Positions 1-12,886 of a stretch of 64,000 bases of DNA are shown here, piece after piece. The translations under genes and the position numbers were made by a program. The stretch comes from Octopus vulgaris (taxonomy: Eukaryota). The stretch spans positions 54,002,001 to 54,066,000 of the forward strand of contig OX597822.1 of the NCBI GenBank assembly GCA_951406725.2, read 5' to 3'. Under the pieces are notes generated by a model. That model saw only the letters and a list, made by a program, of their open reading frames with translations, did not search any database and had not been told where the DNA came from. Numbering within the stretch: position 1 is the first letter of the stretch; every line of letters starts with the position of its first letter.

Positions 1-129
1 GCATATTTTTACTGTTCCACTCACAGATTGCACGTGTAATGTACGAATTAGCCGGTCGATTTCTCTTTCTGAAAATCCCAGCAGGTGTGCTAACGATTCT
101 ATCACCTCGTCGCCTTAATAATAATAATC

Positions 130-345
130 CTTTCTGTTCTAGGAACAAGGTATGGCATTTTAGAGGAGGGGCTAGTCAATTACATCGACCCCAGTGCTTA
201 ACTGGTACTGATTTCATCAACATCCGAAATGATGTAAGGCAAAGTCTATCTCTCGACGAAATTTGAACTCAGAATGTAAAGATGGATGAAATGCCCCCAA
301 GTACTTTTTCCGTCGCGCCAGTGATTCTTCCAGCACGCCCGCCTA
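130..345 (-). mobile_element. tRNA-derived SINE family A, decayed copy
   Basis: Reverse complement of the GGCGAGCTGGCAGAA...TTCTGAGTTCAAATT...CACTGGGGTCGATG consensus seen at 58950-59545 and 26565-26960. Confidence 0.7.
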
Positions 346-359
346 TATTATATTAATAT

Positions 360-930
360 ATTCTGTCATTTTTAGGATTGCCAGATATTTATGCTTCTTC
401 TGTGCTTAATGATTTTATATTCTTACCATTAAATAGATCGATTCCAGTACTTTTAATAGGTCTTCTCTGCTTCATATTTACCATAGCATATTTCTCAATT
501 CCGAACGTCATTCCAATGCGTTTCTAAATACTATTACTGTTCGTACTAAGGAGTTACAGAAATGAATGAAAAACCTTAGTAAAGAATATTTTTGCAGAAT
601 GAAGATTTGAAAATCTAAATTGAATGCAGCAAACGAGCAATCAATGCGAAGGCATAACCCCAATAAGGTATGGAGCAGGAACTTTTAAGTAGAGAAAGGA
701 TACGCTGAAGGATATCGACAAGAAAACAAGGAAGCAGTTTCCAATGAACAGAATCATTAATCTACAATATTGTAGATACAAGAATAAAAATAAGTAACAC
801 TCCTTTAAGGAGTTAATACGCGAAGGACTATTTACAGACGTTGTGCAACTCAAAAAGAGAAAACGGGAATGTGTAGAAAAGATGAAATCAAATTTTCAAG
901 GAAAGAAGCTTTATTCATTTTTATTTTTTT
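360..930. pseudogene. Decayed R4/Dong-like non-LTR RT fragments in opposite orientations
   Basis: Minus strand about 360-540 reads IGMTFGIEKYAMVNMK; plus strand about 580-740 reads KEYFCRMK..KSKLN..IRYGAG..LKDIDKKTRK. Both are post-YADD motifs of RLE-class RTs, with many stops. Confidence 0.5.
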
Positions 931-1195
931 AGAAAGGTCAAAGTTGGCTATGCTTAAAGAAAGAAGCGTTGAAGAAAATGACTGAGGGAATGATTTTTTG
1001 TGGGAGGAAAAAGTAGGGCTTTGGTTATGCCTTTTTCTCCTCCACTTCCGAAAACCGTATTGGAGGTGTAGGAATTTAGTGATAGACGAAAAAACACAAT
1101 CCATATAACACCAGAGAACGAGTGGGATCCTTTAAGTAGCATGACATTTTGTTCAACGCAGTAACGATTCTGTCAATCCGCTAAATATAAAAATA

Positions 1196-1590
1196 CTAGC
1201 AGTATCGCCCGGCGTTGCTCGGGTTTGTTTCGACCCTTTAGAATTGGAATTCTTGAAAAGTAAAAAAAAATTGCATTATGTAGCTTGTTATTCTCTTTAA
1301 GTGAACATTTTTCTGGTTGAAATACACCGAAAAATGGCGACACCGCAGTCAAAAAATCGTAAAAAATAGGGATTTTCATAGAAAAATAAGCACCTTTTTG
1401 ATGTATATAATTTTTGGTGTTAACATGGTCCGATTTGAATTTTTTCTTCTACGGAAGGAAGAGCAAGCCTTCTTCTATCATACATTCCATTTTGGTCAAC
1501 TTGCGCCGCAGGGTCTCGGAGGAGACAGTGTTAGTTGAAGGCTACCAAACCCGCCATACACAGACAACTTCAGCTTTATATATATAGAGA
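1196..1590 (-). mobile_element. Non-autonomous Helitron, copy 1
   Basis: Minus strand starts A|TCTCTATATATAAAGC and ends with hairpin CCCGAGCAACGCCGGG followed by CGATACTGCTAG|T (5'-TC, 3'-CTRR, A/T site). Confidence 0.8.
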
Positions 1591-1645
1591 TGACATTTTG
1601 TTCAACGCAGTAACGATTCTGTCAATCCGCTAGAATATAAAAATA

Positions 1646-1968
1646 CTAGCAGTATCGCCTGGCGTTGCTCGGGTTTGTTTCGACCCTTTAGAATTGGAAT
1701 TCTTGAAAAGTAAAAAATTACACAGCAGTCAAAAAATCGTAAAAAATAGGGATTTTCATAGAAAAAAAAGCACCTTTTTGATGTATATAATTTTTGGTGT
1801 TAACATGGTCCGATTTGAATTTTTTCTTCTACGGAAGGAAGAGCAAGCCTTCTTCTATCATACATTCCATTTTGGTCAACTTGCGCCTCAGGGTCTCGGA
1901 GGAGACAGTGTTAGTTGAAGGCTACCAAACCCGCCATACACAGACAACTTCAGCTTTATATATATAGA
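1646..1968 (-). mobile_element. Non-autonomous Helitron, tandem copy 2 with about 70 bp internal deletion
   Basis: Near-identical to 1196-1590 with the same TC/CTAG ends; lacks the gcattatgtag...aaatggcg segment. Confidence 0.8.
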
Positions 1969-2269
1969 TATATATATATATATACATTCCGAAGTAGAAT
2001 AAAAAAAAGAACAAAATATCAAAAGTTCTTAATTTTATTGCTTTACAAATCGACATTTTTGTTAATCTATTGGAAACTGTTGGCTCATTTCTCACTGCAG
2101 ATGTGACTTCTCTGTTGCTTTCTATTGATTACTTCTCACCTTAATATAGAGGACGATTTAACTGATCAATTGATTTTTAGTTGGGATGTTTTTTTGTTTA
2201 TGATAAAGTTTCAAAATATAGTAATTATTAGCGTTACCGAGAAATTAGTCAATACATGGTTTAAAAATA

Positions 2270-3700
2270 TACAAAATTTATACAAAGAACGGAGACATGT
2301 GAAAGAACAATAAACAGGGTGTATTAATTTGATGTTCAGGAAAAATGAAAGTCCTTGACGTTTCGAGCCTACACTTTTCTACAGAAGGAGAGAAAACAGA
2401 TGGGGAGAAAACAGGTGCGGGAATGAGTCCTTCACATATGCTAATTTCTCGGTAAATCCACTCCTTGCCAGTGCATCATTATAGGGGCGTTGGTGTTGGG
2501 GGCGTGCTTGTTGAAGGTCTCCCTAACGGCCAAAACGTCGGTTATTCTTTTGCTAACGCTCGACACTAGGTTTCTAATTACAGCGGGGGTGGGGAGAAGG
2601 ACTTGAATCGAGCTTTTATAGATATACACAGTTTCCTTGTTGGGCTTCCTGTATGGGTAATACTTGCTCGTTTTCAGGTCTAAGATCTCGTCTAGGAAAT
2701 CGATCGTGGTCAAGTTGGTGGTAACTGTTTTGGACAGATCGAATTCTCTGAATATTTTTATCAGTCTCTTCCTAAACTTGTCCATCGTGTGGCCGTTCAG
2801 ATGGCTTGAGATTGCCAGGCCGTAGGCTTTGTAAAGGGCCGACTTATGTAAGTGCTTGTGTTTCTTGAGGATATCCATAAAAATAATCCGACGAGGTCGG
2901 CGATCTCAGCTCTGTCGTAGCTCTCCATAGAAACGTCGAACAATGGATCACCCAGAAGTAATGGTCGTTAATCAGGATCGACTTTCTGACGTGCATGATG
3001 ATTCTGACGTGCATAATGATTCTGACGCCAAAATCACTTATACTTCTGGATATCTTAGCAAAATCCAGGGCCTTCAGGAGGGAGAGGTTTCAATACAGAA
3101 AGATATAAGTTTCCAGTGTCAAACTGCGTTAATCTGCAGGTTGATTTACTAGCGATACCGCGGTACCAGTTGATCACAGATGCCCTAGAATCCAATTGAA
3201 TAAACTATGTGGCTCTTCTAATGTAAGAGTTGATGGTATCAAGAATGTGCTTACTGACAATGTCTATCTTACTTTCAGAAGGGTTGATTAGCCTGATTGC
3301 GGGGCTGGAGAGGAAATTGGGTTTATGATCCTTAAGTGTAATGTAGGTGGTTGGCGATCACGTGACGAGGAGGTTCACACGATCCTCGATATCAAGACGC
3401 TGGCAAGCTCCTTCGCTTCTGTATTCATAGTATCTCATTGTATGTGGAGGTGTTAGTCTTCTTGTATATCTTGCGATTGTCTTTGTGAGAAGTCTTGCGT
3501 GTGTGGGATGCTTGTTTCATAAATGTTTTTGTTTTTGCGAGGATACGCTCATTGCTTAATTTTTGCCATATAGTCATTTTTAGATTGATTAGAGGATTAG
3601 AACGATATCGAAACCTAACTTTCTTTACAGTGCTCCATAAGCCAATTTCGAAGCTCTCACGGTCCTTTTATCTGAGGAAGGCACTTTCAGGAATTGAAGC
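2270..3700 (-). pseudogene. Penelope-like (Naiad-type) retroelement: RT remnant plus 3' tail with hammerhead
   Basis: Minus-strand motifs [34 protein letters not shown], degenerate (G)LYRDDGL (ALYKAYGL) and DFLDEILDLKTSKYYPYRKPN; frameshifted; tail 2270-2400 matches 12060-12270. Confidence 0.8.
2353..2388 (-). ncRNA. Minimal hammerhead motif, U6 variant
   Basis: CCTT CTGTAGA AAAGTGTAGGCTC GAAA CG TC AAGG; stem I CCTT/AAGG; stem II decayed. Confidence 0.5.
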
Positions 3701-4257
3701 CGAACTTGTCTGCGGATGTAGCAGTAGAAGGATTCTCGAAGAATATGGCCTTCCAGTGCATACGCTTGATGACATTGTCACGGGCACACACATGCTCACA
3801 TACACATGCGCACACATATGCACACACATGCACACGTCTATTGTAACGTATACTTCCGCTCTCTACACTTCCTCACTCCACCAAACCTCAGTTCAATTCC
3901 TATCCCCCAGCATTGCTGTTGCAACTACACTAGCGTACACCAGTCACACTCGCGCACCTAAATACCATAAGCATACATATATATTTACACATACATACAC
4001 ATACCAGAGAAAAAAACATACACGCACGCACGTGAATTTTATTGAATGACACTTGTAAAAAATAATGCTATTAATTCCTTTCAAAGATTTCTTTCTTGCC
4101 CTTAAACTCAAATGCTCTTTGAAGCAATATACAGGGTGTCCCAGAATTTACTATCTATTTCAGTGAAATTGAACAATTTAAAAAAAAATCACTCTTATTT
4201 ATGTTTATCATGTCTAGTATGTGTTAAAAGTGTATAAACTTTTAGTTTTATTTATGA

Positions 4258-4768
4258 TTAGCAGCATAGTCCGGCATTACCCGGGTATGTAAGAACCCCT
4301 AGTAGGCAACGACTAATCCCAATCTAGTCCTTTCCCTCTAGGGAACGAAGGCGCATGTGTAGGTTGCAATGTCTTCTCTTCACTCGAATACTTCTGTGTA
4401 TACGATGCTCCTAGCTGTCCCTTTGGGCGAAAACATGAAAACATCATTGCGCCTCCCAACGCGTGAACAGCCCACGTAGAGTTGACCGTGGGCGAAGCAC
4501 TGTTCGCCCAAATGTAAGTTGCGAAAACTACAACAGAAAATATGTTGCATATAAAAAGCTTAGATTCTCGACTCCATGTCGAATTTATCGATTTTTTTCA
4601 GAACTGGGGAACTTTTCAAAATTTTCGCTGTGTTAGTTTTGAATTATGACATTGGGCTATGTGTGTGTCAAGTTTCATCAGAATCGGTTGAAAGCCGTGG
4701 TCAGGATGAGGGTACAACCTGACACACAGACACACAGACAGACAAACTGCCGTTTATATAGAGAGAGA
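4258..4768 (-). mobile_element. Non-autonomous Helitron retaining the Pif1-like helicase C-terminus
   Basis: 5' A|TCTCTCTCTATATAAAC; 3' hairpin CCCGGGTAATGCCGGA then ..GCTGCTAA|T. Positions 4518-4380 translate LHLGEQCFAHGQLYVGCSRVG..GTARSIVYTEVFE* (RepHel C-terminal helicase motif). Confidence 0.85.
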
Positions 4769-5056
4769 TTTCATGATTTGTATATATATATTAAATAATT
4801 TTATTTTCATTCCTGTTGGATCCCGCTTATCTGTCCACGACAGCTGTTTTTCAATTTGGCTGCAATCATTTTCTTTACCTCCAGCCCCAGGATGGAGCCA
4901 CAGTTTAGCAGAACTTGAAGAACGCATCCAGTTAGCAGTGAAGGAGATAACTCCTGGAATCCTTCAAAATGTGTTTCGCAACTCTAAGGATAGATTTGAA
5001 ATTTGCAGGGCTACAGACGGAGCATATGTTGAACATTTTCAATAAAGTTTTGACGT

Positions 5057-5335
5057 TGTTGTTGTTGTTTGTTCCTTCTCGGCCCCATGAGCCACGCCTG
5101 GCTCATAGGCCCGGTTTCCCGGTTTCCTTGGCGTATAGGTTCCCCACCTGGACGGAACGTCGGTCCGTCTCAGGTGAGCTGCAAGAGGAAAGAGCGAGAG
5201 AAAGTTGTGGCGAAAGAGTCAGCAGAAGTTTCGCCATTACCTTCTGCCGGAGCCGCGTGGAGTTTAGGTGTCTCGCTCATAAATACACACGGTCTTAGAT
5301 CCGAACCCGCGAGTCCGTTGCTCTAACCACTGGGT
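5057..5335 (-). mobile_element. tRNA-derived SINE family B with (CAA)n tail
   Basis: Head CCCAGTGGTTAGAGCAACGG; body matches 7645-7835 and 41345-41630. Confidence 0.75.
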
Positions 5336-5696
5336 AACAAAATTTTGGTAATATGATTAAGTAATAAACATAAAATTGTGTCAGTCTTTTTAAAAAACAT
5401 TTGCTCGATTTCATTAAAATAGGTTATTGACACTCTGTATATAATAAAAGTTCACACTGCCCATCCTTCATATTTACGAAACATTTACAATTATGAATCC
5501 ATCTCACATTTCTGTAACGTACACCAGAAGAGATAAATACAAAGTATCTCATCAATGTTGGTTTCTTTATCTTTCAAGCATGCAATGACCTCTGTCACAT
5601 TTCGTATTCAAAACTTGTCCTATGAAGATTGATTAACGAATATTTCAACAAAAAAAGTTATTTCTTTAGAAACGTTTGCTGTATCCGCCTGTTTTT

Positions 5697-5990
<294 letters not shown>

Positions 5991-7035
5991 ACCTGGACGT
6001 CGACGAGGAGTACCTGACCCGCCTGTTCAGGACGACTTTCGGGCCAGGGCCCATGGACAACTTCCAGAGATCCCTGGCCTGGTAGTGCTACCGAGAAGCG
6101 CTACCCGTTCGGGATAAGCTCTACAGACACGGCTCGAGAAACACGGGGCCGACCTGCCCGAGATGCGGTCAGAGCGACGAAACCGTTCTGCACGCACTCG
6201 TGCAGTGTCCAACAATTTCCGACCTGTGGCCTTATGTCGAACAACTGCTGTCACGTGTGGGACGAGTCGGTTTATCAGCTGAGTCTATCGTCAATATTGT
6301 CACGCCTCCTTCCTTCAAACGGGAAGGAAGAGCTATTTTCATCATCCTTGTGGCTATGGCGAAAGAATGTATCTGGTGGACGCGTCTGAAAGGATTGGAG
6401 ACAAACACTTTCCTCTCTGGTCAATCTCTCATCAACTTCAAGTACCACTTGAAAAGGAAAGTGAGAGTAGAGAGGCAAGTTTTGTCTAGCGAATGTTTTA
6501 AAAAAAGATGGGTGAATGTAGCAAGGATGGCACGTATGAATGACGAAGCCACCTTGAGCATAATCCTATGAACCAAGAAATTGAAAACAGAGGGTTACCC
6601 ACTTGCAAACAAATGTGGTAACATATAACAATATTGACCAAGGCTACCGTGGTCTTTTTCGTAGGCTTTTCTTCCCACGGATAAACCTTACTTGCTTTCC
6701 CCTTTACACCATATATCATAACACTGTGATACACGATCCCTATTGATCGTTCTTTTTTTCCTCTTCCCCTTTTTTTCCCCCTTTTTTCTTCTTTTTTCAT
6801 TTCTCTTTCCTTTTGTTCCTTTTCCTTTCCTTTTTTTTTTTCTTTTTATTCTTTTTATTTTATTCAATTTTTTTTGTTTTTGTTCTTTTCTTCCCTTTTA
6901 CGATCCTCTTGATCGAAAACCTACGCCACCCCTTTTTTTTTCTTTTGTTTTTTGTTCTCTTCATCCCCCAAAAGAAAAGCTCTACCTTGTAACTTGTCCC
7001 ATCTGTGTGCAGCCCTGTGTGGCCAATAAATAAAC
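5991..7035 (+). mobile_element. 5'-truncated Tx1/L1-clade LINE (ORF2 zinc finger plus 3' UTR) inserted in (CTAT)n
   Basis: ALPVRDKL..CPRCGQSDETVLHALVQC..W..(AKECIWWTR)..F.KRW, ending at 6571; one in-frame stop; T-rich 3' UTR ending AATAAATAAA; (CTAT)n on both sides. Confidence 0.85.
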
Positions 7036-7378
<343 letters not shown>

Positions 7379-7644
7379 CATACAACACGACACACAAAAT
7401 CTGGCGACTATAAACACCGAAGAAATCTCTACGTGGCTGCTAGACTTGCGAAGAATCGCAGGCAAATCTCTACCATATTGGAAAAGAAAGGAACATATTG
7501 GACAACATAGTGTAAAACATACAAAAAGACAGGATGGTCAAGACTGGAACACCTTTCATCGTAGGTCAGTTTGATAGGAATGGACCTGGAACAAACCAAC
7601 AATAACAACAACAGTAGCAGCAGTAGCAACAGCAACAACAACAG

Positions 7645-7835
7645 TGGAGGTGCAATGGCCCAGTGGTTAGGGCAGCGGACTGACGGTCGTAAGACCGCGG
7701 TTTCGATTCCCAGACCGGGCATTGTGAGTGTTTATTGAGCGAAAACACCTAAACTCCACGCGGCTCCGGCGGGGTTGGGGGTGAACCCCGCTCTACTCTT
7801 TCACCACAACTTTCTCTCAATCTTTCTTCCTACTT
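7645..7835 (+). mobile_element. tRNA-derived SINE family B, truncated
   Basis: Pol III A box TGGCCCAGTGG and B box GTTTCGATTCC; homologous to 41345-41630. Confidence 0.8.
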
Positions 7836-8121
7836 CTGCCACAAAGTAGAGGAACCATGGTGTAACCCACTATGGTGTGGTAAATTTTCAGACCCTAGTC
7901 TAGATTGCGAATCCTCTGTACCCCAGGATGGTTCAGCTCCCCACCCGTTAAAAGCCACCGTTTACGGAATGAGGATAACAACGTAGCTTTCGCGCCCGTG
8001 CAACCGCCAGTCTATCGCGTGTGGTGGGTGGATCTTCAAGTTGCCACACGTATTCTTAGTAGCTTAGAATAGGCTCGAATTAGAGATTATTCTTTGTGGC
8101 TAATGGCGTGAGTCCTGATTG

Positions 8122-8240
8122 GAAGAAGAAGAAGAAGAAGAAGAAGAAGAAGAAGAAGAAGAAGAAGAAGAAGAAGAAGAAGAAGAAGAAGAAGAAGAAG
8201 AAGAAGAAGAAGAAGAAGAAGAAGAAGAAGAAGAAGAAGA
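8122..8240. repeat. Pure (GAA)n microsatellite, about 39 units
   Basis: Read directly from the sequence. Confidence 0.95.
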
Positions 8241-8444
8241 CAACTGTTAACTAGTAACGACCTATATTTCAAGGCAGGAACCTGTTCTAAACGTTCCAGC
8301 AGATATTTACAGTATTCTTAGATTCGTTGATATGCCATGCTTCTCCTTTATATACGGAGATAATTTTCTATGAAGAAAAAATAATTAAGCCATCAGTTTT
8401 TTTAAAATCCAGGCGAGACTAATGATTCTGACGGGTTCTTTTGA

Positions 8445-8845
8445 TGATGGCTTCAAATTTTGGGGTGAGGCCAGCAAATTTAGTAGGACGGAGTTAGTCT
8501 ATTACATTGAATCCAGTGCTCAACTGGTACTTATTTCATCGACACCAAAAGGATAAAAGCAAAGTCAACCACGGAGTGATTTGAACTCTGAACGCAAAGG
8601 GCCGAAGAAATGCCGTGAATCATCTTAACCGATTTGCTAAAGATTTTTCCAGCTTGCCACTTTTAATAATAATAATGATCGTTTCTACCAAAGTACTATT
8701 CCAGTACTTAACTGGTACTTATTTTAACGACTCCCTAACGGTGGAAAGTAAAGTTGACCTCGGCGGTATATGAACTCAGAATTTTAATAAAATGCCGTGA
8801 AGCATTTTGTCCGACGTGCTAACGATTCTCTCAGCCCCGACATCG
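8445..8845 (-). mobile_element. Two decayed SINE family A copies
   Basis: CAACTGGTACTTATTT..AAAGTCAAC/GTTGACCTCGGCGG..TGAACTC motifs occur twice. Confidence 0.65.
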
Positions 8846-9529
8846 CCGAGGCTTCCTCGTTGGCTCAGACTGCTATTTTGTTATTATAATGTATAAAGTA
8901 CGTTCCGACAACAATTCTGACCAACGTTGAATTTCTGTTGTTTGTTATTATGTAACACTACTTAATTATTATGATAAATATCTTCACAATTGCTTAGACA
9001 ATAAAAAGTTTCATTGTTGAAAGAGTTGCTTTTGCGGAACTCTTCAGGTTTCGTAAATTCGGGTTAATGTATAAATCACACCCGTGTATATTTGAATGCC
9101 TGTTTGTGAGTGTGAGCATCTGTATACGTGTGTGAATCTGTGTGAGCATCTGTATACGTGTGTGAATCTGTGTGAGTGGTTTTCTTTTGTGTATGTGAAT
9201 GAAGGTATCTTTACGATAAAAAATTGTTTTGTTACACGAACATTAAAGCCATTATATGAAAAACAAGTTAATCAGGTATAAAAAACAACAACAAATAAAC
9301 AAACAAACAAACAAATATACATTATATTATTTCATATCTGAAATGTTTGCTTACAAATCCACAATATTCGGTCAAGAAAATTACATTTATTGTACTCTTA
9401 ACAACAATAGCTAGTACTCCCTTTTCCGGTTGAATGGATGGTATTGTTAGTCTACTTGTAGAATGTGTGACAACCATCTCCTGCCAATGGAAAGGAGTTA
9501 ATTGTATTGATTATGTTTTCTCTGGTTAT

Positions 9530-9706
9530 AACTTGGCAATCTTTCGTCTCTAGTAGACCTTTCCGTCGATTTCCGTAAAAAAAATTTTTTTTTTACATAT
9601 GGACTTGCGGGAACTTTTGAAGTAATGAGAGCGAAAGAGACTAAGAGAAAGCGATTGTATGACGAGGGAAATTCTTTTGAAGTTACCGTGCATGGGAGCA
9701 TTGATG

Positions 9707-9750
<44 letters not shown>

Positions 9751-9978
9751 ATGGGGTGTGGGAGACAGATAGTATGTTGTGTAAGTGAAGTGCTTCTGTT
9801 AGTATGTGTGAAGAGACAGAGTAATGTGTGAAAGAAAGAGATAACTGAAAATTTTTACTCGGTGTATGTGTATATGTATGTATATTACTTCAAAAGTTCC
9901 CACAAGCCCATATGTAAAAAAAAAATTTTTTTTTACGGAAATCGACGGAAAGGTCTACTAGAAACGAAAGATCGCCTA
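9530..9978. repeat. Foldback element: about 95 bp inverted arms around a (TG)n-containing spacer
   Basis: TCTAGTAGACCTTTCCGTCGATTTCCGTAAAA..GGGAACTTTTGAAGTAAT (about 9530-9626) is inverted at about 9884-9978. Confidence 0.85.
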
Positions 9979-10233
9979 TAACTTTTATGCATTATCGAAG
10001 AACTATTAGAATCGTGTAACAATCAAAAAGAAAGCGAAGAACTTTTTCGGTTTACTGTTCTACTTCTATACGTTTTACGCATGAAAAACTAATTGCCAAC
10101 ATACATATATTGTATAAAATGCCAATCACACGATAGGCAATTGACCATCATCCATCTGAAACATATTAGTTCCAATAAAAACAGAAAATACTTAAAATTT
10201 TGCACTATACCTATTATTTCTGTTAATATCATC

Positions 10234-10276
<43 letters not shown>

Positions 10277-10517
10277 CGCGCACGTGTGTGTGTGAATGTG
10301 TGTATGTGCGTGCGTCTATATATATATATATATACATACACATATATATAATATTTGTAAACAAACCAGAAAGTATATATTCAGTAAATCTGGCTGAAAT
10401 TGCTCGGTGAACGTTTGGCCCAATCGGATGCGCAAGGAACCGTGTAAGTGATGATTTGTGGGTTCGATTCTGGCCAGGTCAGTTGTCTGTATTAAAAAAT
10501 CGTTGCTTCAAATTCGA

Positions 10518-10571
<54 letters not shown>

Positions 10572-10581
10572 TTATATATAT

Positions 10582-10982
10582 ACTCTTTTACTCTTTTGTT
10601 TGTTTCAGTCATTTGACTACGGCCATGCTGGAGCACCACCTCTAGTTGAGCAAATCTTTGTATGCCCAGTACTTATTCTATCGGTCTCTTTTGCCGAACC
10701 GCTAAGTGACGGGGACATAAACACACCAGCATGGGTTGTCAAGCAATGCTAGGGGGACAAACACAGACACACAAACATACACACACACACATACACACAC
10801 ACATATATATACATATTTACGACGGGGTTCTTTCACATTCCGTCTACCAAATCCACTCACAAGGCTTTGGTCGGCCCGAGGCTATAGTAGAAGACACTTG
10901 CCCAAGATGCCACGCAGTGGGACTGAACCCGGAACCATGTGGTTGGTAAGCAAGCTACTTACCACACAGCCACCCCTGCGCA
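10582..10982 (-). mobile_element. tRNA-derived CORE-like SINE family C, full length, with internal (CA)n
   Basis: Head GGCTGTGTGGTAAG..GGTTCAGTCCC, CTTGGGCAAGT core and tail CCAGCATGGCCG..GAAACAAACAAAAGAG; many copies in the window. Confidence 0.85.
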
Positions 10983-11072
10983 TATATATATATGTATGTT
11001 CTGGGGTCCAATTATTCGCCTAAAGGCGGTGCTCCAGCATGGCCGCAGTCAAATGACTGGAACAAATATAAG

Positions 11073-11109
<37 letters not shown>

Positions 11110-11149
11110 TCTTCACGTCTTGACAGACATTCTAAGCAATGATGAGTGT

Positions 11150-11420
11150 CTTAATTAGGTACTCGTAGTTTTCTTCCTGCAGTTTCTCTAATGAGTGATA
11201 TTTCTATGGTTGATGAGTAAGTTCTACTGCGAAATCTGCAAGCAAAGAAGGTCCTGCAGGACTGCTGGGCTGCAGTGCGTTGTCTTTCTTTCTTTCGTTG
11301 ACGTTTTGCTTTGAGGGCCAGGATGTTTTCTTCTTCCCCGAGTTGTTTGACTCCTTTGTTCACCGAGTTTTCCCATGCGGTTCTATCTTTAGCTAACGTT
11401 TTCCCAACTCTTTGCATCGA
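11150..11420 (-). pseudogene. RTE-clade LINE ORF 3' end remnant
   Basis: LAKDRTAWENSVNKGV..KRQRKKER..FAC resembles the RTE C-terminus (compare 31626-31955). Confidence 0.6.
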
Positions 11421-11504
11421 TGTGGCACTTGGTCAGGCTACTCTTACATGTGGCGACACACTACATGCAGAAATTAGTTTTCGAATTTTTTATATTATAT
11501 TATA

Positions 11505-11539
<35 letters not shown>

Positions 11540-11557
<18 letters not shown>

Positions 11558-12265
11558 CATATAACCCTCCTCCTCTCTCCTCTTTTCCTCTCACACCTAT
11601 TTCATCCCACCCACCTCTCCTCTCTTGCTCTGGCACCTACTTCCTCTCTTCTCTCCTACCCACCTTCTCACTTCTACCCTCTCCCTTCATCGTCACCTCA
11701 CCCTCGTTACCCCACCCCTACACATTCCAACTTCACCCATCTCTTAGATGCCACCCTTGCTTCCCCACTCTCATCTTTCCCACAACCCCACACCCCAAAC
11801 CTCACCACATACCACATGCCACCACACCATACCACCACATGATACACCACCACACCGCATCACATCACCCCGCGTACATTAGCACTGACCACTTCCCAGC
11901 ACCTACACCATCATCCATACACCTACACATGCATACGCACACGTCAATGTCTCCAGCCCCCTTCCACAGGCACATACACGCTCTCACATACACACGCACG
12001 CGCACCTTCGTTTTGGGATCACCTCTACTTTATTATTTCCCCTTCTTCCTAGCTCTCCTGTGTGACCCCTCTGTCCGGCATTCACCATGATAGATCGTTA
12101 GCCACTAAACCTTTTCCTATTTTCTCTCCTTGTTTATTTTTGTGTTCCTTTCTGTTGAAGAGCGTAGGCTCGAAACGTAAAAGACTTTCTCACTTCCCGA
12201 ACGTTAAACTAATACATCTGTTTGTTGTTTACATACCCGTCTTCGTCTTTTTTTTTTTGTAAATT

Positions 12266-12270
<5 letters not shown>
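11540..12270 (+). mobile_element. PLE 3' tail (C/A-rich tract plus hammerhead) between (TA)n arrays
   Basis: Terminal 200 bp match 2270-2400, 24740-24860 and 33120-33320; flanked by (TA)n. Confidence 0.7.
12148..12183 (+). ncRNA. Minimal hammerhead motif, U6 variant
   Basis: CTTT CTGTTGA A GAGC GTAG GCTC GAAA CG TA|AAAG; stems I and II pair perfectly; stem III is the palindrome ACGT. Confidence 0.65.
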
Positions 12271-12318
<48 letters not shown>

Positions 12319-12886
12319 GTCGGCTCGGAGCCATAGTAGAAGACACTTTCCCAAGATGTGACGCCGAGGGACTGAACCCGGAACCATGTGACTGGTAAGT
12401 AAACTTTTTACCACACAGCGAGGGTATAACTGTAACTTGGTGGATTCAAGCAGAGGAGATGTTGCATAGTTAATAATTTCTTGATCTATTGAAAGGGATT
12501 GACGCAAGATGATTTATACACATTGCAGATATTATTCAACTGTTACAAAGTTTATCGCATCAGTTAGGGGTTTCAACAGAGAATCTCATGTAGTAAGCTG
12601 CTACCAGGTTGACGAGAAGCTCACGTAATGTCGCCGTTGATGACAAGTTAACTGTCTGACGGTGGTAGAGTAAAAAAGAAGAGTTAGATTAGATAGAAAG
12701 GGAGAGAGAAGTTAACAGTCAGAAAACTGAGAAGGAATTTTGCTACTTCTATTAGCAAATGAAAGAATAAGCATCTACGCACATATACATAAATATATGC
12801 ATGTACGTAGTCACACCAGCATATATATACACATATAACCAATATATATATACACACACACACACACGGATATACACTTGTATATA

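Larger units (their letters stand above)
4132..5437 (+). mobile_element. Internally deleted Tc1/mariner element hosting a Helitron and a SINE
   Basis: TA|CAGGGTGTC...TATTTCAGTGAAATTGAACAA and inverted TTGCTCGATTTCATTAAAATAGG..GACACTCTG|TA; C-terminal transposase remnant LAELEERIQLAVKEITPGILQNV..RFEICRATDGAYVEH at about 4890-5045. Confidence 0.75.

Noticed and set aside
7645-7720. tRNA genes at SINE heads (also 41098, 41345, 58950)
   Set aside because: A and B boxes are present but no full cloverleaf, and each continues into a repeated SINE body.
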